Assembly (NCBI GenBank): GCA_964019425.1
Contig: OZ025792.1
Location: 682,001-746,000 of the forward strand
DNA from: Flectonema sp. DT1601
Taxonomy: Eukaryota
DNA length: 64,000 bases
Direction: 5' to 3'
Below the pieces are notes generated by a model that was given only the letters and a program-made list of their open reading frames with translations, was not told the DNA's origin and ran no database searches. Positions 9,688 to 20,949 of this stretch are shown piece after piece (within the stretch, counting starts at the first letter, position 1; each line of letters starts with the position of its first letter). The translations under genes were made by a program, and so were the position numbers.

Positions 9688-12110
9688 GTATTAAGAACGA
9701 ATTGTTTTTATCTTTGTTCTTTGTTTTTTAATAAGAATCCTTTTAGAACAAATCTATGGATTTGAGATGTATTATTTCTTATGAATCTATTTACCAGAAC
9801 TGCAAATGTGCCATCCCCCCCCTCGTAGTATTTTAATGTTTTTGTTTTTGTTCCCTGCAGTATTCTTCCCAGATGGATAGCGTCGTTTTGTGTTAAATCA
9901 CCTTTTTTTTTGTATGTGGTTTTCTCTTGAGTTTGATTTTTTGAAAAAATCCCTCACACGTTAGCTGTGTTGCAGTATGTAGTTTTACTTTCTCGGATTC
10001 ACATTGACCCAATGATATCAAGTGAATACGTGCATACTGATCATTTCCTCAACATTGAAAGGTGCACTTGAGTTGCACAGGCTTACAAACAGATAAAGTA
10101 AGCATTCGATAGTTGTGTGGTTTGATGATTTCCCCTCTATTCGTTTTTCCCATGCGACGACGTCTTTTAGTTAATAAGATAGAAAATATATATTTCCCTT
10201 TTTTTATGTTTTTTTGTTTTTTTTAGTCGTTCATTTTCTTTGATTAACAACTACAAGTATTTTTAAGTCGAGTATTTGATATTAATTTTGTATTAATACA
10301 AGAAGTTGTTACTGTTTTTATGTTGTCAAAATTTCACTTCCATCAATTTAATTTTATCGATACCAACTGTTGGTCGTTTTAAATTGCAGCTGGCACTGAA
10401 GTTGTTGTAGTCATAATTACGGTTCAAGAGTTGAATGAAAAAAAAAAATGAAAACAAATCAATTTATTCTTTTCCTTTTGTTTCTTTTTCTTGGGAAAAA
10501 CCCGCAAAATTCCGGAAATGAAGATTTTCGAAATTTCGGATTTCAACACAAGAGTTTTAAAATACCACACGAAAAAGATATTTGTTTCAACTTCAAAAGT
10601 TTCCATCTATCACCGACAGGTTTGGTTGTGATGGCGTTTTTAACTTCTAGAAGTTTTACTGAGATTGTTTTTATAACCTTTCCTTTTTTTTTTTAAAAAT
10701 AAATTACTCAGCAGAAGTTCCAGAATGAAGATTACTTTTATCATTTCCCAAGTCATCATATTCTTGACAGTTTTAGTTACTAACTTTGAATCAATCCATT
10801 GACATGAATCTATAGTTATGTGTGAGTGTTGTTGAATGGGAAAGTAAAACAGTGCACGAAATATTTATACTGCCTTCAGTTTACGGTTTCCCAAAAAATT
10901 AAAATACAATCAAATAGAGGTGGCTGGTTATTAAAACAGGTTGATATTAATAAGTCAAGTAAACTTCATAAGGAATTAGGGTTCCTTTCTTTCTTTATTT
11001 TTGAAGGCTGCAACATAAAAAAAAAAGAAGACGAAATTTCTACCAAGTGTTTTCCAGTTAAACCTCACAGTAATAAATTATTCTTCCGTCTTCCGCTCTG
11101 CTGTTAACTTAAGCCCACCCAGTTGTTTTTATTTTTCGGAGTATTTTTTTTGTAGTTTCTTCCGAAAAGAGCGTGCATTGTTCATTTTTTTTTTTTTTTA
11201 AATTTAATTTTTGTATAATAACTGTCCAAACGAGAAAGTAAAGATTTGGGATAACCAAAGAAACAAAGGTCGAGAGGCATTCCGTCTTGTCTTTGGTACT
11301 TAATACTTTCGATTATTAAGCAAGAGCTAATAGCCTCCCTACTTCTTAAAACGTTTATATACTTTGCTGGATCTCACAGCAAGGCGTCTACTTGTGTGTT
11401 TGTAAACAATTTGATGAACTGCATAAAACCTTGAAAAACGGAACTTTAGAGGAATCAAAACCGCACGTAGTGCTTATAAAAATACGATCTCAATAGAGAC
11501 TCTTTATTCTAACGGGAAGAGGAAAGTAGAGCAATGCGTCTATCAAAGTGATACCTTTGTGAGCATGGTAAGACTATATTTATATCATTTCATCCGTTTT
11601 TTTAAAGAGCCCGTGTGGAGGCTTATTTATAAGTCTGCTACTGCCAGTAAACCTTGTTTTATATATCCGTTCTCATTCTTATTTTTTAAAAACTTTAAAA
11701 AAAAATTTTTTTTTTTGAGAATAGTAATATTCACCTGTTTTCTTAATTGTTTTGTACTTACTAAGTTTGAAAAAGAAACAATTCAGATTAGGAACCGTTA
11801 TATATCTATTTTCCCACCTTTTCCCCGAATTGTCAATATCAATTTTTTGATAATTTGTAATCACATCTCCCACATCGGTAATAACACGAGATATTCATTT
11901 CTTGATTCGCTCCCGAGCATGCAAAAAGCAACGCCGTCTTTGTTCCCAACATAATTTGTGTTTATCTCATTATCCGATGTGGGTGAGGACAGTAGGACTG
12001 TTTTCTAGCTCTCATGTTCCTCTGTTCTTCATCCTGCTATTGAAGTATTGCACTCCAACGTTTGTTATTTAAGATATTCTTCTCTTCAACAGTAATTAAC
12101 AATCACAACT

Positions 12111-12857
12111 ATGCGTCAATCGTCATTAGCGGTATTGCTGTCTTTGATTGGCAGCTCACTTGCAGATGAGTGCCCGAAAACTGACTATTGCTCTCCAGGG
12201 ACAACATTTGTTGGTAAGAAACTGTCCTTTAAAGATAGTATTGGAACTATTTCATGTGATAAAGGAGTAGCCTCACCAGAATATATTGATGTCGGATGTG
12301 GTGCTATCGATTCCTTTGAAGCCGTGAACCAATTGATTGCTCGTCCTGCCAGTTTCGAAGGTGCTACACCATTTTCTGCTGCAGTAGTTTGTGAAGCAGA
12401 CGGCGTCACAGAGTACAGACTTAAAAGTAAATACGAGGTTGCAGACTGCATTCCACTTCCTGATGACAAATCGCAATCCGGATTAGGAAATTCTGCAGAC
12501 TCCGAGTCCAGTACTGGTTCCGGTAGTTCCCTCTCTGGGTCGGGAAGCTCTCTCTCAGGTTCATCCGATTCCGACTCGAGATCAGGCAGCTCGCAATCTG
12601 GTTCTGGCAGCTGGTCTGGTTCTGGTTCAGGCAGCTCCCTCTCAGGTTCATCCGATTCCGACTCGAGATCAGGCAGCTCACAATCTGGTTCTGGTAGCTG
12701 GTCAGGTTCTGGTTCAGGCAGTTCCCTCTCAGGTTCATCCGATTCCGACTCGAGATCAGGCAACTCACAATCTGGTTCTGGTTCAGAAAGCCGGTTCTGG
12801 TTCTGGATCAGGAAGCTCGCAATCTGGTTCTGGCAGCTCACAATCTTGTTCTGGTAG
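12111..12857 (+). pseudogene. Truncated array copy 2 (intact signal + Cys domain, short stalk, frameshifted aromatic tail, no canonical TM/tail)
   Basis: N-terminus is identical to copy 1. The frame shifts near 12787 and stops at 12855-12857. At ~12902 the sequence jumps into the 3'-flank module (aatgtgccatcccc, cf. 9805). Confidence 0.75.
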
Positions 12858-15406
12858 CTGGTCAGGTTCTGGTACAGGAAGCTCCTTCTCAGGTTCATCC
12901 GAATGTGCCATCCCCCTCGTAGTATCTTTATGTTTCTGTTTTTGTTTCCTGCGGTTTTCTTCCCAGGTGGATAGTGTCGTTTTGTGTTAAATTGACCTTT
13001 TCTTACTGTAGCAAATGTGCATCCCTCCCTCCCAGAATTTTTATGTTTTTGTTTTTGTTCCCAGCGGTATTCAGATCTTATCGTATCGCATAAAACGCTC
13101 TCTTTATTTGTATTTGGTTTTCTCTTGGGTGATTTTTAAAAAAATCCCTCACACATTAGCTGTGCTGCAGTATATAGTTTTGCTAATTCTTTGTTAAAGA
13201 AATAAATAGCTTTGCTTTCTCGGATTCACCTTGACTCAATGATATCAAGTGAATACGTGCATACTGATCATTTCCTCAACATTGAAAGGTGCACTTGAGT
13301 TGCACAGGCTTACAAAGATAAAGTAAGCATTCGATGGTTGTGTGGTTTGATGATTTCTTCCTCCATTCGTTTTATCAATTCGACGACGTCTTTTTGTTAC
13401 TAAGACGGAAAATATATATTTCCCTTTTTTTATGTTTTTTCGTTTTTTCTAGTCGTTCATTTTCTTTGATTAACAACTACAAGTATTTTTCATTCGAGTA
13501 TTTGATATTAAGAAATCAGTTCTTTTGAAATGGACAAGTGGTAAATCCGATTTATCGAGTTCCCGGAACTTACTGAAGGGGGACGAGTTGTATAAGATTA
13601 TTGCCTTGAACTATTCCACACTGGGACTGCAGAACAATGTGCTTTTATAACGTTTCCTTTTCTTTTTTTTTAAAAAAAATTACTCAGCAGAAGTTCCAGA
13701 ATGAAGATTACTTTTATCATTTCCCAAGTCATCATATTCTTGACAGTTTTAGTTACTAACTTTGAATCAATCCATTGACATGAATCTATAGTTGTGTGTG
13801 AGTGTTGTTGAATGGGAAAGTAAAACAGTGCACGAAATATTTATACTGCCTTCAGTTTACGGTTTCCCAAAAAATTAAAATACAATCAAATAGAGGTGGC
13901 TGGTTATTAAAACAGGTTGATATTAATGAGTCAAGTAAACTTCATAAGGAATTAGGGTTTCCTTTCTTTATTTTGAATGTCGCAACTCAAAAAAAAAAAA
14001 AAAGACGAACTATCTTCCAAATGTTTTCCAATTAAACCTCCCAGTAAAAAAATATTCTTCGTTCTTCCTGCTGCTGTAAACTTAAGCTCATCCAGTTGTT
14101 TTTATTTTGTGGAGAAATTATTATAACTTCTTCCGAAAAGAGTGTGCATTGTTCATTTTTACTTTTTTTAAATTTAATTTCTGTATTATGACTGTCTCTA
14201 AATGCCGAAAAGAGTGTGCATTGTAATTCTTATTTTTTTAAATTTAATTTTCCGCTGTTGTGACTGTCTAAAGGAGAAACTAAAGATTTGATAACCAAAG
14301 AAACGAAGGTCGAGAAACATTCCGTTTTATCTTTGGTGCTTAATACTTTCGATTATTGAGCAAAATCAGCTTCTATTTCTTAACTTTCAGTCGATGTTAA
14401 TTCAACAATCCATCCTAAATCTTCGGATGTGGCTACGGATTGGGTCTTCTGTTAATGTGAGTAACCTAGCACTCATAATATTAACTAACGTTTTTTGTAT
14501 TTTAATTTAGTGCACTTTTTTATAATAAACTCATATTCTAACTAACGTTTTTATATTTTAATTTAGTGCACTTTTTTTATAATAAACTCATATTCTAACT
14601 AAAACGTTTATACACTTTGCTGGGCCACAGCAAGGCGTCTACTTGTGTTAACATATAATTTGATGAGCTGCATTAAACTTTGAAAACCGAACTTTCGGGC
14701 AATCAAAGCCACGTGGCACTTATAAAAATACGATCTCAATAGAGACTCTTTATTCTAACGGGAAGAGGAAAGTAGAACCATGTGTCTATGAAATTGATAC
14801 CTTTGTGAGCATGGTAAGACTATATTTATATCATTTCATCCGTTTTTTTAAAGAGCCCGTGTGGAGGTTGCTACGACCAGTAAACTTTGTTTTGTATATC
14901 CATATGCTCTCTCCTATAGACTCTCTCCCTCGCTCTTATTCTTCTCTTATTTTATATATCCGTTCTCTTTCTTATTTTTTTTTTACTTTTTTTACATTTT
15001 CATATTTTTTGAGAATAGTAATTTTTTCTTGTTTTCCTAATTGTTTTGTACTTACTAAGTTTGAAAAAGAAACAATTCAGATTAGGAACCGTTATATATC
15101 TATTTTCCCACCTTTTCCCCGAATTGTCAATATTAGTTTTTTTGATAAATTGTAATCACATCTCCCACATCGGTAATAACACGAGATATTCATTTCTTGA
15201 TCCGCAAGCTGGGATGCAAAAAAGTAACGCCGTCTTTGTTCCCAACATAATTTGTGTTTATCTCATTATCCGATGTGGGTGAGTCCAGTAGGACTGTTTT
15301 CTAGCTCTCATGTTCCTCTGTTCTTCATCCTGCTATTGAAGTATTGCACTCCAACGTTTGTTATTTAAGATATTCTTCTCTTCAACAGTAATTAACAATC
15401 ACAACT

Positions 15407-18400
15407 ATGCGTCAATCGTCATTAGCGGTATTGCTGTCTTTGATTGGCAGCTCACTTGCAGATGAGTGCCCGAAAACTGACTATTGCTCTCCAGGGACAA
15501 CATTTGTTGGTAAGAAACTGTCCTTTAAAGATAGTATTGGAACTATTTCATGTGATAAAGGAGTAGCCTCACCAGAATATATTGATGTCGGATGTGGTGC
15601 TATCGATTCCTTTGAAGCCGTGAACCAATTGATTGCTCGTCCTGCCAGTTTCGAAGGTGCTACACCATTTTCTGCTGCAGTAGTTTGTGAAGCAGATGGC
15701 GTCACAGAGTACAGACTTAAAAGTAAATACGAGGTTGCAGACTGCATTCCACTTCCTGATGACAAATCGCAATCCGGATCAGGAAGTTCTGGTTCTGCAG
15801 ACTTCGAGTCCAGTACTGGTTCCGGTAGTTCCCTCTCTGGGTCGGGAAGCTCTCTCTCAGATTCATCTGACTCCGATTCGAGATCAGGCAGCTCACAATC
15901 TGGTTCTGGTAGCTCCCTCTCGGGTTCATCCGAGTCTGACTCGAGATCAGGAAGCTCGCAATCTGGTTCTGGTAGCTCCCTCTCAGGTTCATCCGATTCC
16001 GACTCGAGATCAGGCAGCACGCAATCTGGTTCTGGTAGCTGGTCAGGTTCTGGTTCAGGCAGCTGGTCTGGTTCTGGTTCAGGAAGCTCCCTCTCAGGTT
16101 CATCCGATTCCGACTCGAGATCAGGCAGCTCACAATCTGGTTCTGGTAGCTGGTCTGGTTCTGGTTCAGGAAGCTCCCTCTCAGGTTCATCCGATTCCGA
16201 CTCAAGATCAGGCAGCACGCAATCTGGTTCTGGCAGCTCACAATCTGGTTCTGGTAGCTCCCTCTCAGGTTCATCCGATTCCGACTCGAGATCAGGCAGC
16301 ACGCAATCTGGTTCTGGTAGCTCCCTCTCAGGTTCATCCGAGTCTGACTCGAGATCAGTCAGCACGCAATCAGGTTCTGGTAGCTGGTCAGGTTCTGGTT
16401 CAGGCAGCTGGTCTGGTTCTGGTTCAGGAAGCTCCCTCTCAGGTTCATCCGATTCCGACTCGAGATCAGTCAGCACGCAATCAGGTTCTGGTAGCTGGTC
16501 AGGTTCTGGTTCAGGAAGCTCCCTCTCAGGTTCATCCGACTCCGATTCGAGATCAGGAAGCTCACAATCTGGTTCTGGTAGCTGGTCTGGTTCTGGTTCA
16601 GGTAGCTCCCTCTCAGGTTCATCCGAGTCTGACTCGAGATCAGTCAGCACGCAATCAGGTTCTGGTAGCTGGTCAGGTTCTGGTTCAGGAAGCTCCCTCT
16701 CAGGTTCATCCGATTCCGACTCGAGATCAGTCAGCTCACAATCTGGTTCTGGTAGCTGGTCTGGTTCTGGTTCAGGTAGCTCCCTCTCAGGTTCATCCGA
16801 GTCTGACTCGAGATCAGTCAGCACGCAATCAGGTTCTGGTAGCTGGTCTGGTTCTGGTTCAGGAAGCTCCCTCTCAGGTTCATCCGATTCCGACTCGAGA
16901 TCAGTCAGCTCACAATCTGGTTCTGGTAGCTGGTCTGGTTCTGGTTCAGGAAGCTCCCTCTCAGGTTCATCCGATTCCGACTCAAGATCAGGAAGCTCGC
17001 AATCTGGTTCTGGTAGCTCCCTCTCAGGTTCATCCGATTCCGACTCGAGATCAGGCAGCTCACAATCTGGTTCTGGTAGCTGGTCTGGTTCTGGTTCAGG
17101 AAGCTCCCTCTCAGGTTCATCCGATTCCGACTCAAGATCAGGCAGCACGCAATCTGGTTCTGGCAGCTCACAATCTGGTTCTGGTAGCTCCCTCTCAGGT
17201 TCATCCGATTCCGACTCGAGATCAGGCAGCACGCAATCTGGTTCTGGTAGCTCCCTCTCAGGTTCATCCGAGTCTGACTCGAGATCAGTCAGCACGCAAT
17301 CAGGTTCTGGTAGCTGGTCAGGTTCTGGTTCAGGCAGCTGGTCTGGTTCTGGTTCAGGAAGCTCCCTCTCAGGTTCATCCGATTCCGACTCGAGATCAGT
17401 CAGCACGCAATCAGGTTCTGGTAGCTGGTCAGGTTCTGGTTCAGGAAGCTCCCTCTCAGGTTCATCCGACTCCGATTCGAGATCAGGAAGCTCACAATCT
17501 GGTTCTGGTAGCTGGTCTGGTTCTGGTTCAGGAAGCTCCCTCTCAGGTTCATCCGATTCCGACTCAAGATCAGGCAGCACGCAATCTGGTTCTGGCAGCT
17601 CACAATCTGGTTCTGGTAGCTGGTCAGGTTCTGGTTCAGGAAGCTCCCTCTCAGGTTCATCCGATTCCGACTCGAGATCAGACAGCTCGCAATCTGGTTC
17701 TGGTAGCTGGTCTGGTTCTGGTTCAGGTAGCTCCCTCTCAGGTTCATCCGAGTCTGACTCGAGATCAGTCAGCACGCAATCAGGTTCTGGTAGCTGGTCT
17801 GGTTCTGGTTCAGGAAGCTCCCTCTCAGGTTCATCCGATTCCGACTCGAGATCAGTCAGCTCACAATCTGGTTCTGGTAGCTGGTCTGGTTCTGGTTCAG
17901 GTAGCTCCCTCTCAGGTTCATCCGAGTCTGACTCGAGATCAGTCAGCACGCAATCAGGTTCTGGTAGCTGGTCTGGTTCTGGTTCAGGAAGCTCCCTCTC
18001 AGGTTCATCCGATTCCGACTCAAGATCAGGAAGCTCGCAATCTGGTTCTGGTAGCTCCCTCTCAGGTTCATCCGATTCCGACTCGAGATCAGGCAGCACG
18101 CAATCTGGTTCTGGTAGCTGGTCAGGTTCTGGTTCAGGCAGCTGGTCTGGTTCTGGTTCAGGAAGCTCCCTCTCAGGTTCATCCGATTCCGACTCGAGAT
18201 CAGGCAGCTCACAATCTGGTTCTGGTAGCTGGTCAGGTTCTGGTTCTGGCAGCTCCCTCTCAGGTTCATCTGATTCCGACTCGAGATCAGGAAGTTCACA
18301 GTCAGGTTCTGGTAGCTGGTCTGATTATAGGTCAGTAAGCTCCCTATCAGGTTCATCCGACTCAAACTCAAAATCGGGCAGTTTACAATCTGGTTCTGAC

Positions 18401-19033
18401 AGTGGCTCATGGTCGGGCTCTGGTTCTGGTAACTGGTCGGGTTCAGGCAGCTCACAATCTGGTTCAGGCAGCTGGTCAGGTTCTGGGTCAGGAAGCTCTG
18501 ACTCTGACTCCAGCTTCGCTGGTTCTGGTAGCTCCCTCTCAGGTTCATCCGACTCCGAGTCAAAGTCAGGCAATTCCGTCTCAGGTTCATCCGACTCGAT
18601 ATCAGGCAGCTCGCAATCTGGTTCTGGCAGTGGCTCGTGGTCGGGCTCTGGTTCTGGTAACTGGTCAGATTCCGGGTCCGAAAGTTCTCTCTCAGGTTCA
18701 TCCGACTCCTACTCAGGTTCGAACTCCAGAACTGGATCGTCGGACTCTGGCAGTTGGTCTGATTCGCACTCAGGGAAATCAAAGGTAACTAGTGAGCCGA
18801 GCGGTCGTATTTCTGGTGCTTCTCCATCTTCTGATGACTCATTATCGTCTGGAGCGATGGTTGCAGTGATTGTCGTCCCGTTTGTGGCATTGGTATTGAT
18901 TGTAGGCGCAGTACTTGTGAAAAGAAAGTTCTATTCAAAACCAGCCACAAGCAGCAATGAGCTGCTTGAATTAGGAGATTTGGATAAGGCTGATTACCAT
19001 GGTACTAAGGATGATTCGTTACTTTTAAACTAA
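15407..19033 (+). CDS. Ser/Gly-repeat type-I membrane surface protein, copy 3 (1208 aa)
   Basis: Same architecture; diagnostic repeat variant [31 protein letters not shown]. Confidence 0.9.
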   Translation: MRQSSLAVLLSLIGSSLADECPKTDYCSPGTTFVGKKLSFKDSIGTISCDKGVASPEYIDVGCGAIDSFEAVNQLIARPASFEGATPFSAAVVCEADGVTEYRLKSKYEVADCIPLPDDKSQSGSGSSGSADFESSTGSGSSLSGSGSSLSDSSDSDSRSGSSQSGSGSSLSGSSESDSRSGSSQSGSGSSLSGSSDSDSRSGSTQSGSGSWSGSGSGSWSGSGSGSSLSGSSDSDSRSGSSQSGSGSWSGSGSGSSLSGSSDSDSRSGSTQSGSGSSQSGSGSSLSGSSDSDSRSGSTQSGSGSSLSGSSESDSRSVSTQSGSGSWSGSGSGSWSGSGSGSSLSGSSDSDSRSVSTQSGSGSWSGSGSGSSLSGSSDSDSRSGSSQSGSGSWSGSGSGSSLSGSSESDSRSVSTQSGSGSWSGSGSGSSLSGSSDSDSRSVSSQSGSGSWSGSGSGSSLSGSSESDSRSVSTQSGSGSWSGSGSGSSLSGSSDSDSRSVSSQSGSGSWSGSGSGSSLSGSSDSDSRSGSSQSGSGSSLSGSSDSDSRSGSSQSGSGSWSGSGSGSSLSGSSDSDSRSGSTQSGSGSSQSGSGSSLSGSSDSDSRSGSTQSGSGSSLSGSSESDSRSVSTQSGSGSWSGSGSGSWSGSGSGSSLSGSSDSDSRSVSTQSGSGSWSGSGSGSSLSGSSDSDSRSGSSQSGSGSWSGSGSGSSLSGSSDSDSRSGSTQSGSGSSQSGSGSWSGSGSGSSLSGSSDSDSRSDSSQSGSGSWSGSGSGSSLSGSSESDSRSVSTQSGSGSWSGSGSGSSLSGSSDSDSRSVSSQSGSGSWSGSGSGSSLSGSSESDSRSVSTQSGSGSWSGSGSGSSLSGSSDSDSRSGSSQSGSGSSLSGSSDSDSRSGSTQSGSGSWSGSGSGSWSGSGSGSSLSGSSDSDSRSGSSQSGSGSWSGSGSGSSLSGSSDSDSRSGSSQSGSGSWSDYRSVSSLSGSSDSNSKSGSLQSGSDSGSWSGSGSGNWSGSGSSQSGSGSWSGSGSGSSDSDSSFAGSGSSLSGSSDSESKSGNSVSGSSDSISGSSQSGSGSGSWSGSGSGNWSDSGSESSLSGSSDSYSGSNSRTGSSDSGSWSDSHSGKSKVTSEPSGRISGASPSSDDSLSSGAMVAVIVVPFVALVLIVGAVLVKRKFYSKPATSSNELLELGDLDKADYHGTKDDSLLLN

Positions 19034-20949
19034 GTATTACGGTTTTATCTTTCTTCCTTCTCTTTAAATGAAAAATTCTTTAATAACAATTCTATAGATT
19101 ATATTTGAGGTTCTTTTTCTTATGAATCTATTTGCCAGTACTAATACCACAGTTAGTTATCTCTTCTTTGAATTAAAGAAGCGATCATTGGAATTGAAGA
19201 AAGATGAGCAGACGAACTGAAATGTTCTTCTACATTAATGTTTGCGTTGCTTTCGAAAAATTCGTTTGCAGCAAATGTGCAATCACACCCCTCTCCTCCT
19301 TTTTTGTATTTATTTTTGTCTTTGGATTTATTTTTAAAATAAACCCCTCACACATTAGTTGTGTTGAAGTATATCGTTTTTGCTTATTTTTTTAAAAGAA
19401 AACCATAGATCAGCTTTAAAATATTCCTTTCAGTATTCAATATTAATTTTTATATTAGTTCCTATAATTGATACTGTTATTGTGTTGTGTCAAAATTTCA
19501 CCCAGACTGATTTTCGGATACCAACTTGTTGCGGACCATAAACTGACTGTCTTCAGTGATCTCCTTTTGTTTTCATTTCTTGAGTGATGTGGATATGTGC
19601 TGCCCAATTTTTTTTGTAGTGCTTTTATAAAGCTTTTCGGTAAGCAGTACAAATATAATGCTTTGGACAACTGGGGGTGAAAGATCCTCAGTACTGTTCT
19701 GGCGGTTTCTATTTTTTCATTCGTGGTGTGTGGGCATATAGCACGTATATGGTCGTATTATAAATAGTAGCTATAATTACAGTATCGAGTTAATACCCTA
19801 TTTTTTTTAACTTCAAAAAGAGAAAAAAAAAAAAAAAAAAAAACGAATCATCCTTTTCCTCTTTCTTCCTTTATTGGAATACCTGGAACATGAACATGAA
19901 CAAGAAAAAGAAAAATCTACAAAATGTTTTCCAGTTAAACCTCCTGATCTCAACCAACGACTCCGATGAGTTTAGCAACGAGAAGTAAACGATAGTTCTT
20001 CCTTCTCTCTTTTGCTGTTAACTTATCCTATCTCTTTGTTTTTTATTCATTCGAAGTGTTTTTCTCTAAATACCGAAAAGAGCGTATACTATCATTTTTA
20101 TTTATTTATTTTTAAAATTTAATTTTCCGCTGTTGTGACTAGCTAAAGGAGAGAATAAAGATTTGGGATAACCAAAGAAACGAAGGTCGAGAAGCATTCC
20201 GACTTTTCTTTGGTGCTTAATACTTTCGATTATTAAGCATGAGCTTATAGCCTCCCTATTTTCTTTTTTTGGATCTCACGACATGTTCAGGCTTTTCATT
20301 TGCATTCAGTATGGAGTCTTAAACAAGCTGCACTATTCGCTCGATTTATGTTAATTTTCAGTTTGTTTCTTTCAATATAATATTATCAAAGTGATTCCTT
20401 GGTGAGCATAACAAGCCTTTATTTATATTAAATTTCAGCCGTTTTTTTTTTTAAAAGAGCCCCAAAAAATAGGTTTCTTTGTAAGGCTGCTAAGACCAGT
20501 AAACTTCTTTTCGTATGCTCTCTCCCACATTTTCTCTGCCTTTTTTTTCCCCCTATTTATTTATTGTTATTCACTGACCTAGTCAGAAAGGAAACGGTAA
20601 AGATTAGGAACCGTTATATATCTTTTCCCCTCTTTTTCAGAAATTGTCAATTTTCATTTTTTGATAATTTGCAATCACATCTCCCACGTCGGTAATAACA
20701 CGAGAAATTAATTAAAAAAAAAAAAAAACCTTTTCATTCACTGATTCGCTCGCGAGGGCACACAAAGTAACGCCGTCGTTGTTCCCAACATAATTTGTGT
20801 TTATCTCATTATCCGATGTGGGTGAGTCCAGTAGGACTGTTTTCTAGCTCTCATGTTCCTCTGTTCTTCATCCTGCTATTGAAGTATTGCACTCCAACGT
20901 TTGTTATTTAAGATATTCTTCTCTTCAACAGTAATTAACAATCACAACT

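Noticed and set aside
10010..10045. ATGATA...CTGA as a box C/D snoRNA
   Set aside because: Box C is imperfect and the spacing (~30 nt) is too short; kept only as part of the conserved downstream module.
10424..15282. Short F/L/K-rich ORFs in spacers (also 36.9-38.3 kb, 50.9-53.7 kb and 57-64 kb)
   Set aside because: Composition is driven by poly(A/T) tracts, and paralogous copies differ by frameshifting indels.
15687..18338. Long alternative-frame ORFs ([10 protein letters not shown]... on +, MNLRGS/QNQ... on -)
   Set aside because: Expected from an in-frame low-complexity repeat lacking stops; start and stop positions are inconsistent between paralogues.
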